Shown one piece after another: positions 27,761-37,559 of a stretch of DNA of 49,534 bases. The stretch covers positions 1 to 49,534 of the forward strand of contig PSLI01000012.1 in NCBI GenBank assembly GCA_040289515.1, written 5' to 3'. Position 1 is the first letter of the stretch. The number at the start of each line of letters is the position of its first letter. The position numbers and the translations under genes are program-made. The notes under the pieces were generated by a model that saw only the letters and a list, made by a program, of their open reading frames with translations, had not been told where the DNA came from and searched no databases. Origin of the DNA: Candidatus Sysuimicrobiota bacterium. Its GTDB lineage: Bacteria; Sysuimicrobiota; Sysuimicrobiia; Sysuimicrobiales; Sysuimicrobiaceae.

Positions 27761-28243
27761 TCAAAGCCACCAGCACACCATCCACAGGATCCCCGAGAGG
27801 ACCACAAGACACCCGGGCCGGCCCCAGGCCCGTGAGCTCAAGCGCGTGGCCTGCTTCATGTGCCGCACAAACTCCCCGTAGCGGCCCAGCCGCTTGTACA
27901 CCGCGGCCAGGTTGTGGTGGGTCAGGGCGTACTCTGGGTCCAGCTCCAGGGCCTTGCGGTACGCCCGCACCGCCCCTTCCAGCTCGCCCCGCTCCCCGTG
28001 CACGGTTCCCATGTTGCAGTAGGCGGGCGCGTAGCCGGGGTCCAGCTGCAAGGCTTCCCGGAAGCAGGCCAGGGCCTCCTCGTACCTCCCCTGGCGCGCC
28101 AGCGCCACGCCCAGGCGGGTGTGGGCGTGGGCGGACTGAGGGCGCAGGGCCGCCGCCTTCCGGAACAGCTCCTCCGCCACGTGCCAGGCGCCCTCCGCCA
28201 GAGCTACCTCGCCCCGTCCCAGCAGATCCTCAAAGGGCTCCAC
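27761..28243 (-). CDS. tetratricopeptide repeat protein
   Basis: Tandem TPR motifs (ALQLDP.YAPAY.NMG and ALELDP.YALTHHNLA), with a hydrophobic C-terminus. Confidence 0.85.
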   Translation of the reverse strand: MEPFEDLLGRGEVALAEGAWHVAEELFRKAAALRPQSAHAHTRLGVALARQGRYEEALACFREALQLDPGYAPAYCNMGTVHGERGELEGAVRAYRKALELDPEYALTHHNLAAVYKRLGRYGEFVRHMKQATRLSSRAWGRPGCLVVLSGILWMVCWWL

Positions 28244-29510
28244 GGTCCGCAGGCCCGATGCGGTCGAAGCCGGTGTAGGGTACCAGGGCGTCCGGCACCC
28301 GCACGCTGCCGTCTGACTGCTGGTAGTTCTCCAGGATCGCGATAAGGATGCGGGAGGTGGCCAGGGCCGTGCCGTTCAGGGTATGCACGAACTCCGTCCG
28401 GCCCCGCTCCCGGAAGCGCACGTTCAGGCGACGTGCCTGGAAGTCGGTGGTGTTGCTACAGGAGGTCACCTCGCCGTAGGCACCGCGGCCCGGCATCCAG
28501 GCTTCCAGGTCGTAGGTCTTGGCGGACGCCGTACCCAGGTCCCCCGCGCACAGGAGCACCACCCGGTACGGAATGCCCAGCCCCTGCAGGATCTCCTCCT
28601 CCACCCGCAGGAGGAACTCGTGCTCCTCCCACGACCGGTCCGGGTGCGCGTACGAGAACATCTCCACCTTGTCGAACTGGTGGACCCGGTACAGGCCCCG
28701 CGTCTCGCGCCCGTGGGCCCCCGCCTCCCGGCGGAAGCACCACGACACCCCCGCGAAACGAACGGGCAGCCGGTCCGCCTCCAGCACCTCGTCCCGGTAG
28801 AAGCCCGCCAAGCTCTGCTCGGAGGTCCCCACCAGGGCCAGGTGGTCTTCCGCCACCCGGTAGGTCTGCTGCGGGTCGAAGGCCGCCCCGCCCCAGGCCC
28901 CCGTGATGATCTCCGGCCGCACCAGGACCGGCGGGATCACGGGCACGAAACCCCACCGCAGCAGGCGGTCCACGGCGTACCGGACCAGGGCCATCTCCAG
29001 CAGCGCGCCCTTACCCAACAGGAAATAAAAGCGAGATCCGGACACCTTGCCGGCCCGCTCGAAGTCCAGGATTGCCAGGCGCCGGCCCAGCTCTACGTGG
29101 TCCAGCGGCGGGAAGTCAAACCGGGGCGGGGTCCGCCAGGTGCGCACCACCACGTTGTCCTGCTCCCCGGTGCCGTCCGGCACGCTCGGGTGGGGTACGT
29201 TGGGGAACAGCAAGAGCACCTGCTCCAGCTCTTGCCGCCGCCGGCGCGCTTCGGGTTCCCGCTCCTTTAGCCGGGCCGCCAGGGCCCGCACCTCGGCGAT
29301 CTTTTGCTCCCGCTCCGGCCCTGACAGGCGGGCGACCTCTGCGCTGGCGCGGTTCTGCTCCGCCCGCAGCCGTTCCACCTCCTGCAGGGCCTCCCGCCAC
29401 GCACGGTCCAGCTCGAGGGCCCGGTCCACCAGGGAGGAGTCCCGCCCCCGCCGCCTCAGGGCCATCCGGAAGGTGTCCGGGTCCTCCCGCACCGCCTTCA
29501 GGTCCACCAC
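28230..29510 (-). CDS. serS: serine--tRNA ligase
   Basis: N-terminal coiled coil, GTSEQ, CFRREAG, GLYRVHQFDKVE, SCSNTTDFQARRL and HTLNGT. Confidence 0.97.
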   Translation of the reverse strand: MVDLKAVREDPDTFRMALRRRGRDSSLVDRALELDRAWREALQEVERLRAEQNRASAEVARLSGPEREQKIAEVRALAARLKEREPEARRRRQELEQVLLLFPNVPHPSVPDGTGEQDNVVVRTWRTPPRFDFPPLDHVELGRRLAILDFERAGKVSGSRFYFLLGKGALLEMALVRYAVDRLLRWGFVPVIPPVLVRPEIITGAWGGAAFDPQQTYRVAEDHLALVGTSEQSLAGFYRDEVLEADRLPVRFAGVSWCFRREAGAHGRETRGLYRVHQFDKVEMFSYAHPDRSWEEHEFLLRVEEEILQGLGIPYRVVLLCAGDLGTASAKTYDLEAWMPGRGAYGEVTSCSNTTDFQARRLNVRFRERGRTEFVHTLNGTALATSRILIAILENYQQSDGSVRVPDALVPYTGFDRIGPADRGAL

Positions 29511-29529
29511 GGCTCTGCCCTCGGCCTGG

Positions 29530-31152
29530 CTACAGGCGTGCCACCTTCACGTCGTAGATGCCGTCCACGGACCGGATCTCCTCCACCGCCTCCGGGGGCA
29601 CGGGGTCGTCCAGGGTGAGGACCATCACCGCCACCCCGCCGGGGCTTTCTCGGCCCAGGTGCATGCCCGCGATGTTCACCCCGTGACGGCCCAGGATGGT
29701 GCCGACCCGGCCGATCATCCCCGGCCGGTCCGTGTTCCACGCGAACAGCATGTAGGGGGCCGGGTCCAGGTCGATGCGGTACTGGCCGATGCACACGATC
29801 CGGGGCTGGCTGCGGCCGAACAGGGTGCCGGCCAGCTGGAACTTGCCTGTCGAGGTATGGGCCGTCACCCGCATGAGGCTGGCAAAGTCCTCCGTGGTCT
29901 CCTGGCGCGACTCTACCACCCGGATCCCCCGCTCTGCCGCCACCAGGCGCGCGTTGACCACGTTCACCACGCGATCCGTGACCCCGCTCAGCAGGCCCAC
30001 CAGGACGGACGCCACCAGAGGGGACGGGTCCACGTGGCTGAGCTCGCCCTCCAGGTGTACCTCCACCGCGTGGATGGGATCGGGGCTCAGCTGCCGCACC
30101 AGCGCCCCTAACACCCGACCCAGCCCCAGATGAGGACTCAGGCGCTCCCAGGAGTCGCCCTGCACGGCTGCCACGTTCACCGCCCCGCGCGGCAATCGGC
30201 CCGCCAGGGCCTGCAGTACCTGTTCCGCCACGTCCACCCCGATGGCTTCCTGGGCCTCCCGGGTGGACGCACCGAGGTGCGGGGTGACCACCACCCGCGG
30301 GTGGCGGACCAAGCGTAGATCCTTGGGAGGCTCCTCCGCGAACACGTCCAGGGCCGCTCCGGCCACGTGCCCCTCCTCCAGGAACTCCAGCAGCGCCGCC
30401 TCGTCCACCAAGCCTCCGCGGGCGCAGTTCACCAGCCGTACGCCCCGCTTCATGCGCGCCAGCTGCTCCCGGCCGATCATGCCCCGGGTGCGATCGGTCA
30501 GCGGGACGTGCACGGTGACGAAGTCCGCCTGCTCCAGCAGGCGCTCGAAGCTCACCGCCTGCACACCCAGCTGCGCTGCCCGCTCCGCGCTCACGTACGG
30601 GTCGTAGCTGATAACCCGCATCCCCAGCCCCCGGGCCAGGCGGGCCACCTCGCTGCCGATGCGGCCCAACCCCACTACGCCCAGGGTCTTGCCGTACACC
30701 TGCGTGCCCACGAACGCTTCCCGGTTCCACTCTCCCCGCTGGAGGGACTGGTGCGCCTGCGGGATGTTGCGGCAGCACGCGAGCAGCATGGCCACGGTGT
30801 GCTCCGCGGTGGCCCGCACGCTGCTGTCCGGGGTGTTGACTACCAGCACCCCGGCCCGGGTAGCCGCCTCCACGTCAATGTTATCCACACCCACCCCGGC
30901 CCGTGCCACCACCCGCAGATCCCGGCCGGCCTCGAGGGCGCGCCGGGTCACGCGGGTACGGCTGCGTACCACCAGGGCGTGCACCCCCGCCAGGCGCTCG
31001 CAAAGCTCCTCCTCCGACAGCCCGCCGCAGACTTCCACCTCGCACGTCTCCCGCAGGCGACGGAGCCCTGCCTCACCGAGCCCGTCCGCGACCAGGATCC
31101 GGCAGCGGGTGCCGGTAATTTCGGACAGCTCCTGTCGGGTGGCCGCTCCCAT
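29530..31152 (-). CDS. serA: D-3-phosphoglycerate dehydrogenase (long form with ACT domain)
   Basis: Motifs RAGVGVDNID, GLGRIG, NCARGG and TPHLGAST, plus a C-terminal DRPGMIG ACT domain. Confidence 0.95.
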   Translation of the reverse strand: MGAATRQELSEITGTRCRILVADGLGEAGLRRLRETCEVEVCGGLSEEELCERLAGVHALVVRSRTRVTRRALEAGRDLRVVARAGVGVDNIDVEAATRAGVLVVNTPDSSVRATAEHTVAMLLACCRNIPQAHQSLQRGEWNREAFVGTQVYGKTLGVVGLGRIGSEVARLARGLGMRVISYDPYVSAERAAQLGVQAVSFERLLEQADFVTVHVPLTDRTRGMIGREQLARMKRGVRLVNCARGGLVDEAALLEFLEEGHVAGAALDVFAEEPPKDLRLVRHPRVVVTPHLGASTREAQEAIGVDVAEQVLQALAGRLPRGAVNVAAVQGDSWERLSPHLGLGRVLGALVRQLSPDPIHAVEVHLEGELSHVDPSPLVASVLVGLLSGVTDRVVNVVNARLVAAERGIRVVESRQETTEDFASLMRVTAHTSTGKFQLAGTLFGRSQPRIVCIGQYRIDLDPAPYMLFAWNTDRPGMIGRVGTILGRHGVNIAGMHLGRESPGGVAVMVLTLDDPVPPEAVEEIRSVDGIYDVKVARL

Positions 31153-31156
31153 GCGC

Positions 31157-32314
31157 TCACCCCGTCCGCACCGCCGGGGCCTCGAAGACCCTCTGGGCCG
31201 CCTCCAGCCCCGCCCGCGGATCCGCCGGCAGCCCCAGCTCCTGCAGCACCAACCCCAGGGCCTCCATGCACCGCAGGATGTCCTGTGGGAACACAAAGCC
31301 CAGGTGGCCGATCCGGAACACCCTGCCCTCCAGCTTGCCCTGCCCGCCTGCCAGGACCACCCCGTAGCGTTCCCGGACGCGGCTTACCAGGGCTTCCGCA
31401 GAGACGCCTTCGGGTAGCCACACCGCGGTCACGGTCCAGGAGGCCCACTCCTCCGATGCCACGGGCTGCAACCCCAGGGCCCGGACACCCGCCCGGGTGG
31501 CCTCGCTCAGCCGGCGGTGGCGATCCTGCACGGCCTGGTAACCCTCCTGCCGGATCAGCTGCAGCGCCGCCTCCAGGCTGAAGAACACGGACACCGCGGG
31601 TGTGAAGGGCGTCTGGGGCAGCGGCTGATCCAGGGCCTCCAACACCTGCCCCATGTCCCAGTAGTACCTTGGCATGCGGGCGTGGCGGTGCGCCTCCCAA
31701 GCCCGCTCGCTGGCGGCAAGGAAGCTCACCCCGGGCGGGCAGCCTAGGGCCTTCTGGGACGCGGTCACCACCGCATCAAGCCCCCACGCGTCCATCTCCA
31801 GGGGGATGGCACCCAGGGAGCTCACCGCGTCCACCAGCAGCAGCGCCGGGTGGTCCGCCCGCGCGTGGGCCAGGGCCTTCAGGTCGTTCTGCACGCCCGT
31901 GGAGGTCTCGTTGTGGGTCACCAGCACGGCCCGGTACGCAGCCTTCTTTAAGTGCTGCTCCAGCAGCTCCGGAGTCACCCCGCGGCCCCACTCCACCTCC
32001 ACGTGGGTTACCTCGGCCCCGTAGGCGCGCGCGATGCGGCTGAAGCGGTTCCCGAAGGCCCCGCAGGACAGCGCCAGCACCCGGTCACCGGGGGAGAGGG
32101 TGTTAACCACCGCGGCCTCCAGCACCCCGGTCCCCGAGCTGGCGTACGGCACCACGGGCTGGCGCGTACGGTACAAATCCTGCACCCCTTCCAGCACCGC
32201 GCGCAGCACCCGCGCGAACGCCTGGCTCCGGTGGTTGGTCATAGGCCGACTCCCGGCCTCCCGCACCGGGGCAGGGACCGGGGTCGGACCCGGGATCAGC
32301 AGCAGCTCGTCCAT
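31157..32314 (-). CDS. class V PLP aminotransferase (alanine-glyoxylate/serine-pyruvate type), probable phosphoserine aminotransferase
   Basis: Motifs IPGPTP, HNETSTGV, VDAVSS, ASQKAL and FRIGHLG. The SerC-like role is inferred from operon context. Confidence 0.88.
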   Translation of the reverse strand: MDELLLIPGPTPVPAPVREAGSRPMTNHRSQAFARVLRAVLEGVQDLYRTRQPVVPYASSGTGVLEAAVVNTLSPGDRVLALSCGAFGNRFSRIARAYGAEVTHVEVEWGRGVTPELLEQHLKKAAYRAVLVTHNETSTGVQNDLKALAHARADHPALLLVDAVSSLGAIPLEMDAWGLDAVVTASQKALGCPPGVSFLAASERAWEAHRHARMPRYYWDMGQVLEALDQPLPQTPFTPAVSVFFSLEAALQLIRQEGYQAVQDRHRRLSEATRAGVRALGLQPVASEEWASWTVTAVWLPEGVSAEALVSRVRERYGVVLAGGQGKLEGRVFRIGHLGFVFPQDILRCMEALGLVLQELGLPADPRAGLEAAQRVFEAPAVRTG

Positions 32315-32337
32315 CCTCCACCTCCTGAGGGCTTCCA

Positions 32338-32560
32338 GCAAAAAACCTCCGCGTCTCAGAGACGGGAGGTCGCTTCCCGCGGTGCCACTCTGATTCCGGC
32401 CCCAGGGGCCGGCACCTCTTCGGCGTTATCGGGCCTCGCCCGGCGGCTTTTCACCGCGGCTCCGGAGGTGGAATCCGCCGCGCCCGCCCGCCGGCTCGCA
32501 CCCGGGCTGCCGGCTCGCTGGGGGTGCGGACGTGGCGCTGCCTCCTTCGTCGCCGGTCTC
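32338..32560 (-). promoter_or_regulatory. T-box riboswitch with Ser (UCC) specifier and intrinsic terminator
   Basis: T-box AATCAGAGTGGCACCGCG and terminator ACCTCCCGTCTCTGAGACGCGGAGGT followed by T6. Stem I carries AGCGAG and GGTGCGA motifs and a GGAT-TCC-A specifier loop. An upstream TGGACA-17-TATCGT promoter is present. Confidence 0.9.
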
Positions 32561-32683
32561 GTCTAAAGACGATAGGCTGCCGCAGCCGCCGTGTCCAGGG
32601 CCCGCAAGTGATCGTACGCCGTGGATAAAGTTTTAACGGCCTTGTGGGTCCAACCGGCGGTATAGTGGGAATTGGGGGTGCTT

Positions 32684-33607
32684 ATGCTGAACGTCCACCA
32701 ACTCAAGATCTTCCGCACCGTGGTGCGGGCGGGCTCCTTCTCCCGGGCTGCGGAGGAGCTGCGTATCACCCAGCCTTCCGTGAGCATCCAGGTCCGGGAG
32801 CTGGAGCGGGCCCTGGGGGCGGAGCTGTTCGAGCAGGTGGGCAAGCGCATCTTCCTCACGGAGGCCGGCCGGGTCCTGGACGAGTACGCGGTGCGGATCC
32901 TGTCCCTGCTGGAGGAGGCCGAACGGGCCGTGCGGGACTTGCAGGGGGTCCCCGCGGGCCCCCTGCGGGTGGGGGCTGTGAACACCCCGGGCACGTACCT
33001 GCTGGCGCCCTTGCTGGGCCAGGTGCGGGAGCGGGCGCCGGACGCGGAGGTCACCCTGGAGATCCTCCCCGCGCGGCGGGTATACGAGAAGCTCCTGCGC
33101 AACGAGCTGGACGTGGGCGTGGTGGACGAGGGGGTGCGGCACGACTCCATGCTGCACTTCCCCTTCTACACCGACCAGCTGGTGGTGGTCGCCTCGCCCC
33201 ACCACCCCCTGGCCCGGGCGGGGCAGGTCGGTGTCTCGGAGCTGCTGCGGACCCGTCTGATCCTGCGGGAGCGGGGCAGCGGGACCCGGGAGGCCACGGA
33301 GCGTGCCTTCCGCAGCTTGGGGGTGGTGCCTGCTCCTGCCATGGAGCTGCACACCAACGAGGCGGTGGTGCAGGCGGCAGCGGCAGGGCTGGGGGTGGGC
33401 GTGGTGTCGCGGCTGGCAGCAGATGAGGCTGTCCGCAGGGGCCAGCTGGTGGTGGTGGAAACCCCCGATTTCCGGCCCACCCGCACCCTGTGGGGCGTGC
33501 GGCACCGGGAAAAGCGGGTCACGTCCCTCATGCGTGCCCTGCTGGAACTCATGGGCGACCCGCAGTTCAGCCGCGCCCCGGCGGCGGAGAACGTGGGCGT
33601 GGGGTAA
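32684..33607 (+). CDS. LysR-family transcriptional regulator (CbbR/CysL-like)
   Basis: HTH motif GSFSRAAEEL.ITQPSVS.Q...LE, and REXGSGTR in the effector domain. Confidence 0.92.
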   Translation: MLNVHQLKIFRTVVRAGSFSRAAEELRITQPSVSIQVRELERALGAELFEQVGKRIFLTEAGRVLDEYAVRILSLLEEAERAVRDLQGVPAGPLRVGAVNTPGTYLLAPLLGQVRERAPDAEVTLEILPARRVYEKLLRNELDVGVVDEGVRHDSMLHFPFYTDQLVVVASPHHPLARAGQVGVSELLRTRLILRERGSGTREATERAFRSLGVVPAPAMELHTNEAVVQAAAAGLGVGVVSRLAADEAVRRGQLVVVETPDFRPTRTLWGVRHREKRVTSLMRALLELMGDPQFSRAPAAENVGVG

Positions 33608-33611
33608 CCCT

Positions 33612-34025
33612 GTGCCGGTGGAGGTCCTGGAGCACACCGCGGAGGTGGGCCTTCGGGCCCACGCGGACACCTTGCCGGGCGTGCTGGAGGAGCTCGCGGC
33701 GGGTCTGTTCGGCCTTATCACGGATCCTTCCACCGTGCAGGAGCAGGAGGCCTGGCCCGTGCAGGTGCAGACGGAAGACCTCACCGCCCTGGCGGTGGAG
33801 TGGCTGAACGAGCTGCTGTTTTTGCACGCCCGGGATGGCATGCTAGCCCGGCGGTGCACGGTGCACGAGGCGGGGCCGGGTGGGGTGCGGGCCACGGTGT
33901 GGGGCGAGCGGTTTGACCCGCAGCGCCACCCGAGGGGCATCGAGGTGAAGTCCGCCACCTACCACCAGGCGCGGGTGGAAGACTCCCCGGACGGCTGGCA
34001 GGCGGTGGTGTACCTGGACGTGTAG
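33612..34025 (+). CDS. archease
   Basis: Motifs LEHTAEVG, WLNELL, GERFD, EVKSATYH and terminal LDV. Confidence 0.88.
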   Translation: MPVEVLEHTAEVGLRAHADTLPGVLEELAAGLFGLITDPSTVQEQEAWPVQVQTEDLTALAVEWLNELLFLHARDGMLARRCTVHEAGPGGVRATVWGERFDPQRHPRGIEVKSATYHQARVEDSPDGWQAVVYLDV

Positions 34026-34026
34026 C

Positions 34027-35030
34027 GTGCTGGTGGACGTCCACACCCATTTTTACCCGCCCGAGTATCTGCGCCTGCTGGAGGAGGCCGCGCCGCAGGT
34101 GAAGATCTGCACGGACCGGCAGGGCCGCCGCTACCTGGAGTGGGGCGGCACCCGCCTCGCCACCCTTACGCGGCCCATGGTGGACCTGCAGGAGCGCGCG
34201 GGTGGACCTGCAGGAGCGCGCGCGCCTTGTTGCGCAGCATCCGGCCACCGTCCAGGTACTTTCCCTGACCAGCCCCAACGTGTACGTGTTCCCCCCTGCG
34301 GAGGCCGTACGGGCAGCCCGGCTGGCCAACCGCGCGTACGCACAGATCAAGGACCGCTACCCGGACCGCTTCCGCGCCCTCGCCAGCGTGCCCCTGGGGA
34401 CCGGGGCGGAACTGGAGGAGCTCGACTACGCCGTCTCCGACCTGGGTCTGGACGGAGTGGTGGTGGGCACCACGGTGGGCTCACGGCCCCTGGACGATCC
34501 CTTGTTGCAGCCCTTCTAGGAGCGAGCGAACCAGCTGGGGCTGGTGGTGCTCCTGCATCCCATGGGAGGCTTGGCCTCCCCGTTGCTGCGGGACTTCAGC
34601 CTGGTCCCCCTGGTGGGTTTTCCCGCGGAGACCACGGTGACGCTGGCGCGGCTGGCCTACTCGGGGTTTTTCCAACGCTACCCGCGCGTGAAGGTGGTGG
34701 CACCGCACGCGGGTGGGGCCCTTCCGTACCTGCCTGTTGGGCCGGCTGGACAGGGGGTACGCTGCGTACGCGGAGTGCGCCGCATGCGGCCAGCCTCCGA
34801 GCCAGGTCCTTCAAGCCGCGTACTTCGACACCGTGAATCCCTACCCACCCGCGCTGCGTTGCCTGCTGGAGGCGGTGGGCCCGCAGCGGGTGGTGTTCGG
34901 TTCGGACTACCCGCACGTCACCGGCGCGGAGGATCGTAGTTTGGAGGCCCTGCAGAGGGTAGGCCTCGAGCCCGAGGCCATGGAGGCAGTGCTGTGGCGC
35001 AATGCCCGGGACCAGCTGGGCCTATTGTAG
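34027..35030 (+). pseudogene. amidohydrolase_2 (ACMSD-like decarboxylase/hydrolase) pseudogene
   Basis: Motifs DVHTH, LHP, PHAGG, FDT and FGSDYPH are spread over three frames. Lesions are a 22-nt tandem duplication, an in-frame TAG at 34517-34519 and a 4-nt CCTG duplication near 34730. Confidence 0.88.
34179..34222 (+). repeat. perfect 22-nt tandem duplication
   Basis: GGTGGACCTGCAGGAGCGCGCG occurs at 34179-34200 and again at 34201-34222. Confidence 0.97.
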
Positions 35031-35676
35031 GTCAAGTCCCTAACTGTCTGTAAAAGCGGCCTGAGTCATGCCACGGTGGCAGCCGGAGCGTCCTTGTTCG
35101 CCGCCTTCTGCTGTTGCCGCCCCTGCAGGTAACGTTGCAGCTGCTTCTGCTCGTGCTCGCTGAACTGCACCCGCCGCCAGCGCTCGCTCGCCCGCCACAG
35201 CACGGCGAAGACCAGCTTCAGGCACTCCCGCTCGCTCCTAAACCGCGGGATCACCTTCGCGCGGCGCCGCTCCTCGAAGCTGCGCTCCACCAGGTTGGTG
35301 GTCCGGATGTGCTTGCGGTGGGCGGCGGGCAGCCGCAGGTGCGCCAGGCTCGCCTCCAGGTCCTCCACCAGGCTCCGCATGGCCGAGGGATACTCCCGCC
35401 CGAACCGCTCCACCACCTCGGCCACCAGCCGCCGGCCCCGCTCCACGTCCGGCGCGTCCCGGATCGCCTCCAGATAGGGCTTGAGCACGGGCCGCGCCTC
35501 CTCCGGCCCCCTGTCCAGCACGTTCCGCATCTTGTGCATCCAGCAGCGGATGCGCTCCGCCTCCGGCCAGGATGTCCTCGCGGCACCCTGCTTGCCGGCG
35601 CAGCGACTCGTAGACGGCGTCGGCGAACAGGTACACCACGTCGAGGCCCGACAGGTCCCGCCGGGCAAAGGCTTCG
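35030..35676 (-). mobile_element. IS256-family transposase remnant with right terminal repeat
   Basis: DVVYLFADAVY, then after an internal deletion RCWMHKMRN, IRTTNLVER and KVIPRF. The end reads TTTACAGACAGTTAGGGACTTGACC, IS256-like. The 5' part is missing. Confidence 0.88.
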
Positions 35677-36006
35677 ATGGGCGACGGGATTAACGACGGC
35701 CCGGCTCTCGCGCAGGCTGACGTGGGCGTGGCCATGGGAGAGACGGGCACCGCGCTCAGCACGGAGGCCGCTCACGTGATCCTGCTGCGCGAGGACTGGT
35801 CCCTGGTGCCTTGGTTGCGGCGGCTGGCCCGCAAGTTCACCACCACCGTGTGGGTCAACCTGGCGGGCACCGCGGTGTACAACGTGCCCGGGCTGTTGCT
35901 GGCCTCCCTTGGCCTGCTGCCGCTCCCGCTGGCCGCCGCGGCCCAGTCGCTACCCGATGTGTTCATTCTCGGCAACTCTTCTCGCCCCCTGCGAGGGGTG
36001 CGCTAG
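35677..36006 (+). pseudogene. C-terminal fragment of heavy-metal P1B-type ATPase
   Basis: GDGINDGPALAQADVGVAMG, NL...YN and the final TM helix. The whole N-terminal portion is absent. Confidence 0.88.
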
Positions 36007-37022
36007 CGCCGCACGGGCAGCTCCCCGTCCAAGGGCAGGTCCGCCCACGCTCCCAGGGTGAGGTCCGCGCGCTCCCCACGGCTCAAGCGGAAGGCGCCCG
36101 CGCACGCGACCATGGCCGCGTTGTCCGTGCACAGCCAGGGCGGCGGCACCCACAAGGGGATCCCCAGGCGCTGGAGCTCCCGGGACAGCCGGTCTCGCAG
36201 CAGCCGGTTGGCCGCCACCCCGCCGCCCAGCAGCAGGCAGCCCGGCTGAAACTCCTCCGCGGCCCGCAGGGTCCTGCGGACCAGGTGGGAGACCACGGCC
36301 TGCTGGAACGCGGCGGCCACGTCCGCCAACTCCGGACGGGGAGCCTGCTGCAGGGCACGCAGCGCCGCAGTCTTGAGCCCGCTAAAGCTGAAGTCGTATC
36401 CACCCTCGGACGCCAGAGGCTCAGGCATCGGTACCCGCGTTGGGTCTCCGCGCTGGCTGGCGCGATCGATCTCGGGCCCGCCGGGGTAGCCCAGGCCCAG
36501 TGCCCGGGCCGCCTTGTCGAAAGCCTCCCCTGCCGCGTCGTCCCGGGTGCGGCCCAGGATGCGGTAGCGCCCGTACTCGGGGATCCACAGCAGGTCAGTG
36601 TGGGCACCGGAGACCACCAGGGCCAGGGCCGGGGTGGGGAACGGTCCGTGCACCAGCACGTTGGCGTAGATGTGGCCCTCCAGGTGGTTCACCCCCACCA
36701 GGGGCTTTCCCGTGGCCAGGCTCAGCGACTTCGCGAAGGCCACGCCCACACTGAGGGCGGAAACCAGCCCGGGGCCGCACGTCACCGCTACCGCGGACAG
36801 GTCTTCTACCCCCACCTGCGCCCGCTCCAGGGCCTCGTCTACCACCGCCACCAGGCGCTCCACGTGCCGCCGTGCCGCCAGTTCAGGCACGACCCCACCG
36901 TACCGGTGGTGCAGGTCAGCCTGGGAGGCCACCACGTTGGACCGCACCTGGGTGCCCTCCACCACCGCCGCCGAGGTCTCGTCGCAAGAGGTTTCGATGC
37001 CCAGAATCGGGCCTTCGACCAC
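36003..37022 (-). CDS. tsaD: tRNA t6A threonylcarbamoyltransferase
   Basis: Motifs LGIETSCDET, GGVVPELAAR.H, HLEGH, DDAAGEAFDK and CTDNAAM. Confidence 0.97.
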   Translation of the reverse strand: MVEGPILGIETSCDETSAAVVEGTQVRSNVVASQADLHHRYGGVVPELAARRHVERLVAVVDEALERAQVGVEDLSAVAVTCGPGLVSALSVGVAFAKSLSLATGKPLVGVNHLEGHIYANVLVHGPFPTPALALVVSGAHTDLLWIPEYGRYRILGRTRDDAAGEAFDKAARALGLGYPGGPEIDRASQRGDPTRVPMPEPLASEGGYDFSFSGLKTAALRALQQAPRPELADVAAAFQQAVVSHLVRRTLRAAEEFQPGCLLLGGGVAANRLLRDRLSRELQRLGIPLWVPPPWLCTDNAAMVACAGAFRLSRGERADLTLGAWADLPLDGELPVRR

Positions 37023-37046
37023 GGGCTCCTCCGCAGTTCCAGCTCC

Positions 37047-37559
37047 TCAAGCAGGCAAGGCCGCTTTGAGGGCCTCAAACTGGGAACGGAAGGGCTCCTC
37101 CCAAATGTTGCCCGTCCACATGATGAGGGCGTCCTCTCCGTTGTCGCTGTAGTACCGCGGCCGCACGTGCACGTCCCGGAAGCCGTACTTACGGTACAGG
37201 GCCTGCGCCGCGTGGTTGGACCGCCGCACCTCCAGGGTCACCCACCGCGCCCCCCGAGCCCGGGCCTCCTCGATGAGGGCCACCAGCAGCCGCTCTCCGA
37301 TCTTCCGTCGCCGGTAATGGGGGCCCACCGCCAGGGTGGTGACGTGAGCCTCCTCCAGGATCACCCACATGCCCGCGTAGCCCACCACCACCCCGTCCTG
37401 TCGGGCCACCAGGTAGCAGGCGGTGCGGTTCTCCTGGAGCTCCCGGCGGTACGCATCCCGCGGCCACGGGGTGGAGAAGCACTGGCGCTCGATCTCCAGC
37501 ACCCGGGGGATATCCTCCACCCGCATGGGGTCGATGCGCACCGACGTCAGAGCCTTCAC
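37047..37559 (-). CDS. rimI: ribosomal-protein N-acetyltransferase
   Basis: GNAT fold with LEVRRSN..A..LY, R..YY and GEDALIM. Lies between tsaB and tsaD. Confidence 0.92.
   Translation of the reverse strand: MKALTSVRIDPMRVEDIPRVLEIERQCFSTPWPRDAYRRELQENRTACYLVARQDGVVVGYAGMWVILEEAHVTTLAVGPHYRRRKIGERLLVALIEEARARGARWVTLEVRRSNHAAQALYRKYGFRDVHVRPRYYSDNGEDALIMWTGNIWEEPFRSQFEALKAALPA

Noticed and set aside
34179..34222. Direct repeat as a possible CRISPR or attachment site
   Set aside because: Two adjacent copies with no spacer; a simple duplication inside a pseudogene.
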